DNA from: a virus
Lineage: Duplodnaviria > Caudoviricetes
DNA: 40,134 nt
Reading direction: 5' to 3' (one strand)
IMG/VR virus record: IMGVR_UViG_3300030392_000962
Span: 1-40,134 of that record
In this document: one piece after another, positions 33,845 to 40,134 of the stretch
How the letters are laid out: every line of letters begins with the position of its first letter
How positions within the stretch are numbered: the stretch's first letter is position 1
Program-made: the position numbers and the translations under genes
Notes under the pieces: generated by a model
Database searches by the model: none
The model's input: only the letters and a program-made list of their open reading frames with translations
What the model was told of the DNA's origin: nothing

Positions 33845-34024
33845 TTACTTCTTACCATAAACCCCAAGCCTCTTTCCCATCAATACCCAGTCCACGGGTT
33901 TTATCCTGCCGCCCCCGGTTCGCAACTCACTCTCAACCTCCGCCGCAATACGCCCCACACGCCGGGCTTTCGCCCTTCCCGAGACCGCCCCCGCAAGATC
34001 ACTTATATAATTAATTATACCCAT
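33845..34024 (-). CDS. Small basic hypothetical protein
   Basis: Starts MGIINY overlapping the nuclease end; ends just before the next RBS. Confidence 0.55.
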   Translation of the reverse strand: MGIINYISDLAGAVSGRAKARRVGRIAAEVESELRTGGGRIKPVDWVLMGKRLGVYGKK

Positions 34025-34524
34025 GACATATACCCGCCGGGAGTCCACCTGTACCAGTCACCGTCACACTTCCGTACCTTTCCCCTGCTCCTTCTCAACA
34101 CACGACCGCCGCACAGGTACGTACACCCCTCTTCCCTCGTCCACGGCCCCAGCTCGTCCTTAGACCCCCCGTAATACGGCCTCGCATGATTCTCATCCAC
34201 CAACAAGCCGTTTACATCAACCCCGTTTACATATAACCGCCCCAGTATCCTCCCATACTTCCCCGTACCCTGCTTCGTCGTCTCCAGCGTCACCCACTTC
34301 GCACCATTCTTCCCGGGCCTCGCCTTACTTAATATCCCCTTCAACCTGTCCTTAGACGCCAGCCCGAGAACCTTCTCCCTCTTATTCGCTGTCCTCGACT
34401 CCGGCGTATCTATCCCCAACAACCGGATCCTCTCCGCATACATTATCTTAAACCCAAGGTCAATAACAGCGTCAACCGTGTCTCCGTCAACAACCCTCGC
34501 TATCTTACACCTATACTCACGCAT
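34015..34524 (-). CDS. Thermonuclease (SNase-like) family nuclease
   Basis: RVVDGDT, RIRLLGIDTPES, GKYGRILG; GGAGG RBS. Confidence 0.92.
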   Translation of the reverse strand: MREYRCKIARVVDGDTVDAVIDLGFKIMYAERIRLLGIDTPESRTANKREKVLGLASKDRLKGILSKARPGKNGAKWVTLETTKQGTGKYGRILGRLYVNGVDVNGLLVDENHARPYYGGSKDELGPWTREEGCTYLCGGRVLRRSRGKVRKCDGDWYRWTPGGYMSWV

Positions 34525-34740
34525 GTCTCTTTCCCTCCGAACATATTGTCCTTACGAATCCCGCAACGTACTAGGCGACGAATACCGCCACCCACTAAGG
34601 GCGACGAATCCCATACACTCAACCCCAACATTTTACCTTTTTCCTTCACAGCGGTCGGGGAAAGGTGAAGCCTTCTAATAATAAGGAGCGGGTGCGTTCC
34701 TTGTTCTACTTTTTGCATCTCCAAATCTCAGTCTACGATA

Positions 34741-34960
34741 AGCGCCCCGGCCCTCATTCCTAGCTAAGACCAGCGCCATGCCGGGGCCCCTATCCATAGC
34801 TACACCGGATGTTTTTTTAAAAAAAACCTAGCTACAGCAAGGCCGGCCGTCAAACCTACCAGACTGTCTTCCGGCCGGACGGCTGCATTAGCTAGGAATC
34901 AACCTTTTTGCAGATGGTTATTGCAAAAATGTCTTTCGGCCGGAAGATCTTCCGGTCGCA
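34741..34960. repeat. Palindrome-rich non-coding region between divergent late and early operons; possible terminus/packaging site
   Basis: ATTCCTAGCTAA (34756-34767)/TTAGCTAGGAAT (34888-34899) around a T7A8 tract; TTTTTGCA/TGCAAAAA; many CCGG. Confidence 0.5.
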
Positions 34961-35069
34961 TTGTCTACTCCACACATAAAGACAGTCAAACCTCGGCCAC
35001 AATCTAGACCTTTAGATGGCCAATTCGTACGTGATATGGGGAATAATAAAAAATAATCCAATCTAAGGG

Positions 35070-35099
35070 TTGACACCATATGATTAGTGATGATAGGCT
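35070..35099 (+). promoter_or_regulatory. Sigma70 promoter for early module B
   Basis: TTGACA-18 bp-TAGGCT, extended TGn, A-rich UP-like element upstream. Confidence 0.7.
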
Positions 35100-35131
35100 T
35101 TGACGCAATCTGAACCTAGGGAGTGTACCAA

Positions 35132-35383
35132 ATGGACGTCAATGGACGGTATATAGACAGAGTTCAACTAACAGCGTTTTGGAATGCATCAAAGACCTCG
35201 GGCCGGACTCCACATGGCCGGGATATGGCCGATTGTCTATGTGACCACTGCCGGATGTCCCGCATGTATTGGGCCACTGATCGCTATATGGTTGCGCGAG
35301 GATGGCCAGGACTTAGGTATACCAATCATAAAATATGTGTCTTATTGGCCGTTGCCGAAATCGAGAATGATCTACGCAGTTAA
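35132..35383 (+). CDS. Hypothetical protein, homolog of 1564-1797
   Basis: AGGGAG RBS; shared YIDRV.L..W and RM.W..D.Y. Confidence 0.75.
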   Translation: MDVNGRYIDRVQLTAFWNASKTSGRTPHGRDMADCLCDHCRMSRMYWATDRYMVARGWPGLRYTNHKICVLLAVAEIENDLRS

Positions 35384-35443
35384 GACCTTTAGATACTGAT
35401 CTCAGCTATTAATACGCATTGATAGCTGATGCGTGTACCTAAA
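35378..35443 (+). repeat. 38-bp repeat (=1796-1833) forming the left arm of an intergenic hairpin
   Basis: TCAGCTATTAAT-acgc-ATTGATAGCTGA plus outer TTTAG/CTAAA. Confidence 0.85.
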
Positions 35444-35466
35444 CTAATTCAATAGGAGTGTGTGAC

Positions 35467-35559
35467 ATGGCTAGTCTAGAACTCTACATAGCAGACCCGG
35501 AAGCCGGAAGTGGTCCGGCGGACGTCGAATTGGAAATATTACAGGAGGCCGGATACTAA
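35467..35559 (+). CDS. Tiny acidic peptide, 30 aa
   Basis: TAGGAG RBS; MASLELYIADPEAGSGPADVELEILQEAGY; TAATG coupling. Confidence 0.5.
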   Translation: MASLELYIADPEAGSGPADVELEILQEAGY

Positions 35560-35813
35560 TGAAAACATACCTAGTGATAAGCAAAAACAGTAGTACAACA
35601 GTACACATTGAGGATAGTTATTATGTTAACCAATTGGACCCAAAGATGGACCCGGCCGGACCACAGACAACCCTTTGTGGTCGGCCGTACTGGCAACGCC
35701 TCAAGTTGATCAACCTCAGGCGTAACAATGGTAGGTCACTTCCGGACCAGGAGTACTGGGACGCCATCAACCCACTATTTCAGCTTTGCAAAAGCTGCAA
35801 GAGGAAAGTCTGA
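35559..35813 (+). CDS. Small zinc-binding hypothetical protein
   Basis: AGGAGG RBS; VH..TLCG..CKSC. Confidence 0.75.
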   Translation: MKTYLVISKNSSTTVHIEDSYYVNQLDPKMDPAGPQTTLCGRPYWQRLKLINLRRNNGRSLPDQEYWDAINPLFQLCKSCKRKV

Positions 35814-35815
35814 CA

Positions 35816-36721
35816 ATGGGATACTACACAAACAAAACAGAATCATTGGCACTGGTAAAGGCGTCTATAGCCTACGTAGACGGCGAAGGTCTGTTTCCGA
35901 TGCCGTCAATGCCGGAGGGATATCTTAAACCAAAACCACTAACAGCTAAGCGGAACCCGGGTGGGCCCTCTGATTGGTTGATTGCGTGGAGTAGGTTTGA
36001 AAAGTTCCTTGATACCGGAATCCCGCAATTTGAAATCATTGGAGAAGATGGGAATGGGAAACTTCCATTTATGTTTTTCTCAGCTTGTCCGGACGTCACT
36101 TGTCCGGGCGCAGGAGATTGTCTTTCCTGGTGCTATTCGTTCAAGGCCTGGCGGTATCCCTTCGCGCTGTTCAAACAATTGCAGAACACGCTATTGCTGC
36201 GCACTGAGAGCGGCCGGGAGCACATTAAAAACTCTTTCAACGAAATACCTTACGGTTTAGACTTCCGGCTGTATGTGGACGGCGATATAGACAGTATTGA
36301 AACAATGGGATTCTGGTTTGGATTACTGGAGCGGCGGCCGGATATCAGAGTATACGGCTACTCCAAATCGTGGAAACTGTTTTTGCTCTGGGACAAGCTG
36401 GGCAAAAAGTTTCCGGCTAACTATCAACTAAATGCGAGTAGTGGCAGTAAGTATGGACCGGAGGTACTCGAAAAAATTAAAAAATTATCTTGCTACCGTG
36501 GGACCTTCGACGCGTTGCCTGTATCGCACCAGATGCCGGACAAGGCAACGAAGCCTAAAAGCTGGCAGGCGTGGGCCCAGGAGCTACGCAATACAGCGAG
36601 CGGTATGGGATACGGCAAGGTCTTTGTATGTCCCGGCAAATGCGGTTCCTGTACGCCTCGAGGCCATGCCTGCGGGAGTGCGAGGTTCAAAAATATTCCG
36701 ATAGTGATTGGGACCCACTAG
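35816..36721 (+). CDS. Second GP88-like Cys-cluster protein
   Basis: GNxKL..TCPGAGDC..WCY, FRLYVDGD, YGYSKS, C-terminal CPGKCGSC..HACG. Confidence 0.75.
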   Translation: MGYYTNKTESLALVKASIAYVDGEGLFPMPSMPEGYLKPKPLTAKRNPGGPSDWLIAWSRFEKFLDTGIPQFEIIGEDGNGKLPFMFFSACPDVTCPGAGDCLSWCYSFKAWRYPFALFKQLQNTLLLRTESGREHIKNSFNEIPYGLDFRLYVDGDIDSIETMGFWFGLLERRPDIRVYGYSKSWKLFLLWDKLGKKFPANYQLNASSGSKYGPEVLEKIKKLSCYRGTFDALPVSHQMPDKATKPKSWQAWAQELRNTASGMGYGKVFVCPGKCGSCTPRGHACGSARFKNIPIVIGTH

Positions 36722-36752
36722 ATCAACCATAGTGGCCGGAGGTAAATAGATA

Positions 36753-36965
36753 ATGCTTAAATTCACATACAACGCGGCCGAAAAGTTAGCATTCTCACTA
36801 TCTGTTGATGAGTCAATGCATCCACGTAATGCTGAGTCCTCCACAACCTACATAGTGCAGCAAGCGCCGATTTTTAATGAGGATGGTTTGATTACCGGGT
36901 ATCACGACGATCTGTATGTTGTTGCTGCTACAGGCGAATTTAGCACAGAGTCCCACATTTTATAG
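36753..36965 (+). CDS. Hypothetical early protein
   Basis: GGAGG RBS. Confidence 0.65.
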   Translation: MLKFTYNAAEKLAFSLSVDESMHPRNAESSTTYIVQQAPIFNEDGLITGYHDDLYVVAATGEFSTESHIL

Positions 36966-37016
36966 TCAACCATAGCGGCCGGGCGCGTGCCAGAATCGCG
37001 CCAGGGAGTGTGAATT

Positions 37017-37208
37017 ATGGACCAGCCAACAGGCAACCCAAAAGATATTTTCGATGCGATAGTAATAGACCTTGAGGTGCGGAAAGCAGTACGCGAGTTC
37101 GACAATACAGACCATAGCGGCGTTAACCTACCCACCGCTAAACAAATATCAGACGCCAAAGCAGTAATAGCTAAAGCGCGTGAGCTTAGGCGTCTGTTAT
37201 CAAGCTAA
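37017..37208 (+). CDS. Hypothetical early protein
   Basis: AGGGAG RBS. Confidence 0.65.
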   Translation: MDQPTGNPKDIFDAIVIDLEVRKAVREFDNTDHSGVNLPTAKQISDAKAVIAKARELRRLLSS

Positions 37209-37251
37209 CCCATATAGTGCCGCCTAGGGCTACTAGGCTAGGAGTTTGGCT

Positions 37252-37560
37252 ATGACAACATTGGCTAAGTGGAGTCGAAAACAGAATTGGCGGCAATGGT
37301 TAACTATGCACAAGCTTTATTGTCAAATTTGTTACAACTTTGGGGATGCACTTGGAAATCCCCGGTCTGCTGTTCTTGTTGTGAAAGGCAGAGAAATGCA
37401 CCCACACCTATACTCCAAGGTAGGTAGCCTCCGCAATAGTGCAAAGGGCTACCGATTACATCTTAAACTTGCAAGGGATGCCTTCAAGAGCCACGTCAAG
37501 GCGCACCATGAGCCAGAATGGCTAACTGATAGGCTGGATTGGGCAATAAGTACCCGGTAA
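37252..37560 (+). CDS. Hypothetical early protein
   Basis: TAGGAG RBS within the repeat; HxxxCxxC. Confidence 0.65.
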   Translation: MTTLAKWSRKQNWRQWLTMHKLYCQICYNFGDALGNPRSAVLVVKGREMHPHLYSKVGSLRNSAKGYRLHLKLARDAFKSHVKAHHEPEWLTDRLDWAISTR

Positions 37561-37605
37561 CTAACCCATAGTGCCGCCTAGGGCAACTAGGCTAGGAGTG
37601 TATCA

Positions 37606-38667
37606 ATGGCTAGTCGAATTGAATTGGAAAATATGGGGATAGGAGAATTGCGGAAGATGGCCGCCAGGGCCGGACTCAAAACAAGTCTTAAATCACCCAT
37701 CATAGCGGCCCTGGCGGACGATTACCGCAACGGTACGGCCGGAAACGGTAAGACGGCCGCGCCAGTGCCAAAAGTGGCCGCGCCACTTCCGGAAGTGGCC
37801 GACGTGGGCGGCATTAACTGGCCGGACGTGATCCCGGCAACATCTGAGATCAACGGCGACTATGTGCCGCCGCCTTGGCTGGATGAACTGAAAGCCGCCG
37901 CCCGGATAGGTCATGTTGAGCTCTCAGGCCCGGCCGGGAGCGGCAAAACCCTGGCCGTACACCATATGGCGGCGGCGCTTGGTAAACGCCTTGCCGTAGT
38001 GACGGCGGACGGCGGACTTCGTAAAAGAGACCTCGTCGGACAACGCGAGCTCGCATCGGGTTCGACCGTTCACCAGGCGGCCGAATTTGCCGCCGCCGCG
38101 CGCAATGGTGATTGGGCGCTCATAGACGAGGCCAACATGGCCGAACCGGACGCGCTCTCTTTTCTCAACGGTATGACCGACCGCCCCGGCACCGTTGGGA
38201 GCACGTTTCAGATAGCCGGCGAAACCATAGACGTGAACCCTGATTTCAGGTGTTTTTTGACTAGGAATCCGGGCTATGCCGGGGCCAAAAGACAAAACGA
38301 AGCGTTGCGGGATAGGTTCTGGACTATCGAAGTGCCGCCGCTGCTGGGGGCGTCGTTGTTGGAGATGCTTGAGGCCCACGGCGTCACCGGGGCCATTGCG
38401 AAATCATCCGCCTACATGGTCGAGATCCTGTACGGCAAATGGGTTGATAACCGCATCACATACCAGGTATCACCGCGCCGGGCACTGGCGGCGGCGGCCA
38501 TGTACGGCGAAATGGGCCGCCCCGGCAAGGCTTCCGGGTACCAGGAATTACTAACGCGGTCGATTCTCACAAAAATAGACGCGAAACATGACCGGGACGC
38601 CGTCGAGGTCATCATCAGGGACGCCTGGGATGGGTACACCTACACCACGAAAGCGAGAGCAAAATAA
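37606..38667 (+). CDS. MoxR/CbbQ/NorQ-type AAA+ ATPase with N-terminal Rho_N/HeH-like helices
   Basis: Walker A GPAGSGKT, Walker B LIDEAN, TRNPGYAG..NEALRDRF, SPRR. Confidence 0.9.
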   Translation: MASRIELENMGIGELRKMAARAGLKTSLKSPIIAALADDYRNGTAGNGKTAAPVPKVAAPLPEVADVGGINWPDVIPATSEINGDYVPPPWLDELKAAARIGHVELSGPAGSGKTLAVHHMAAALGKRLAVVTADGGLRKRDLVGQRELASGSTVHQAAEFAAAARNGDWALIDEANMAEPDALSFLNGMTDRPGTVGSTFQIAGETIDVNPDFRCFLTRNPGYAGAKRQNEALRDRFWTIEVPPLLGASLLEMLEAHGVTGAIAKSSAYMVEILYGKWVDNRITYQVSPRRALAAAAMYGEMGRPGKASGYQELLTRSILTKIDAKHDRDAVEVIIRDAWDGYTYTTKARAK

Positions 38668-39776
38668 TGGCAGCAAACGATCACGGCTATACAAAATCGG
38701 GCACGAGCACCAAGGGCGGCGGGGGCCGCTCAAGGGGCGTTGCGCTCAGTACATGGCTGGGCCAGCGCACCAAGGGCCAGGCTACTGACTACTGGGTGCG
38801 GAGCCGGACGCGGGGCATCCTCGACGCTATGGGCCTTGAGGATGAAAATATGTGGAGTGACGAGGCACTGGCCATACAGCGGGGCCTGAAAGATCGCGCC
38901 AGCGCGGACCGCTCCACAAAGCGGGACCTGGGAGAAGACCTAGTTTCGGCCGCCCAGGATGGCAGGCAGGCCCAGAAAGCTGAGGACGCACGCGAACGGC
39001 TGGACAGTGCGGCCGTAATACTCGACGCGCTCCACTCCGCCACTCGCCGCCGGGAGCGGGTCGGACTCGACGAGGGTGACGATCTGGATGACCCGGCCGA
39101 AACGGCTATTGACGGCGGCGGATGGAGTGACGAGGTGACCAGGGGCCGCTCGTACCGCAAACACGTCAATATCTGCATCGATAATTCAGGATCAACACAC
39201 ATGCCTGAGAATGGCTTCTGCTCCGGGCCGATGCTGAGAGCGGCAAATAGCCTTGCCGGGGCGCTACTGGCAGCGGCGGAAGAACACGAGGGCGTGACCG
39301 TGGACATATTTAGCTTTAACCGCATCACGATGCAGCATACAGGCAAGCGCGGTATCGGGTATCGCGCAATGCTGGTTGATAACTTTTTCAAGGGCGTCGA
39401 GGTCGAGGACCCGATCAGCCGGGACGCCGTCGAAACAAATCTAGCCCCGCTCGTAGAGGCCCTCTACATCAGCGAGGATGAGCGCGACCTGATCGGGGAG
39501 CCGCGCATAGATATCATCCTGACTGATGGTGAGTTCGAGTCGGACGAGGACGCAACCGGGGCGGCTGAGTGGCAACGGCGGCGCGGCGGCGGAGTGCAGA
39601 GCTACGTCCTGAACCTTTGCCCGGACCGGGCCGCATCGGTGGCACTTCCGGCGGAATTCAGGGTAATCCCGCTCCGCTGCATGACCGATCAGGCCGGCGT
39701 TATGAGCGTTGACGAGGACGGCCTCCGGCAAGCACTGATGCAGATCGTAGCGTCCGAACTCGACCGAGAGGAATAA
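38667..39776 (+). CDS. von Willebrand factor A (MIDAS) domain protein, AAA+ partner
   Basis: DNSGS (DxSxS), T in ETNL, ILTDGE; TAATG-coupled to the AAA+ gene. Confidence 0.88.
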   Translation: MAANDHGYTKSGTSTKGGGGRSRGVALSTWLGQRTKGQATDYWVRSRTRGILDAMGLEDENMWSDEALAIQRGLKDRASADRSTKRDLGEDLVSAAQDGRQAQKAEDARERLDSAAVILDALHSATRRRERVGLDEGDDLDDPAETAIDGGGWSDEVTRGRSYRKHVNICIDNSGSTHMPENGFCSGPMLRAANSLAGALLAAAEEHEGVTVDIFSFNRITMQHTGKRGIGYRAMLVDNFFKGVEVEDPISRDAVETNLAPLVEALYISEDERDLIGEPRIDIILTDGEFESDEDATGAAEWQRRRGGGVQSYVLNLCPDRAASVALPAEFRVIPLRCMTDQAGVMSVDEDGLRQALMQIVASELDREE

Positions 39777-39789
39777 AAAAAAATAAAAA

Positions 39790-39848
39790 GTTTAACCACT
39801 AGTAGAATCGGTAAACTGTGCTTTACCGATTCTGATGGGCGGTTAAAT
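39790..39848 (+). other. Intergenic 59-bp hairpin
   Basis: Perfect 12-bp arms AGAATCGGTAAA/TTTACCGATTCT, outer TTTAACC/GGTTAAA. Confidence 0.75.
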
Positions 39849-39884
39849 AATAGTGCAACCTAGGGCTGACTAGGCATAGGAGAA

Positions 39885-40134
39885 ATGGCTATGACAAAAA
39901 TAACGAGGTACGAGGTACAAACGAAACAAGCCGGCCAGTGGAGCGACGAGGTGGGCGAGCCTAACATATTTGGCTCCGAGGCCGAGGCGGAACAGGCGAT
40001 AGCGGAGCTAAAAACACTGGGCGAGGATTGGCAGGCGGCTGAGTATCAAGTCGTGGAGATTCAAAATCCCTCGCCAGGCAAAAAAGAAAATTTAAAAAAA
40101 TGTGAGTCCTGCGAGGCGACAGATCCACACACTT
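39885..40134 (+). CDS. Partial ORF, allele of 3934-4287 (runs off the window, continues at 4166 on the circle)
   Basis: MAMTKITRYEVQTKQAGQWSDEVGE..LKTLGEDWQAAEY..EIQNPSPGKKENLKKCESC. Confidence 0.85.
   Translation, partial: MAMTKITRYEVQTKQAGQWSDEVGEPNIFGSEAEAEQAIAELKTLGEDWQAAEYQVVEIQNPSPGKKENLKKCESCEATDPHT

Larger units (their letters stand above)
37205..39882 (+). repeat. Start-associated repeat ATAGTGCnnCCTAGGGCnACTAGGC(A)TAGGAG, 3 copies (37205-37245, 37561-37599, 39850-39882)
   Basis: Near-identical leaders with a CCTAG/CTAGG mini-hairpin directly before the SD. Confidence 0.85.
4087..40055. mobile_element. Complete circularisable tailed phage genome (~35,969 bp), podovirus-like
   Basis: Terminase, portal, scaffold, capsid, tail, replication and early modules are all present. 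40056-40134 is identical to 4087-4165. No integrase or tape-measure gene seen. Confidence 0.9.

Noticed and set aside
39790-39848. 59-bp hairpin bounded by GTTTAAC and GTTAAAT, matching integron attC core consensus
   Set aside because: No integron integrase is present, and the sibling hairpins lack the consensus (711-765 has GTT/AAC in the opposite order). Kept only as a generic hairpin.

Overview
The window is an essentially complete ~36 kb tailed dsDNA bacteriophage, probably podovirus-like: it has a large terminase, portal, scaffold, major capsid, two large internal-virion-type proteins, tail adaptor/nozzle-type genes and an S74-chaperone tail fibre, but no tape measure or integrase. The last 79 bp (40056-40134) are identical to 4087-4165, so 4087-40055 closes into a 35,969-bp circle. 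Bases 1-4086 are a second, divergent version of the plus-strand 'early' module that also occurs at ~34740-40055. The two modules share a GP88-like gene, a small gene family, a 38-bp intergenic sequence and the last gene; module B additionally carries a MoxR/CbbQ-type AAA+ ATPase and vWA pair. Other notable items are a C5 methyltransferase with an out-of-frame nested second subunit, flanked exactly by 23-bp direct repeats; a promoter-proximal structured RNA carrying anti-Shine-Dalgarno sequence complementary to early-gene RBSs; intergenic hairpins and start-associated repeats in the early modules; dense YGGCCR/CCGG sites in module B; an iteron-like origin; a tail gene that appears to start at ATC; and a cluster of small basic proteins before terL. 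All product calls are from motif recognition by eye; no database searches were run.
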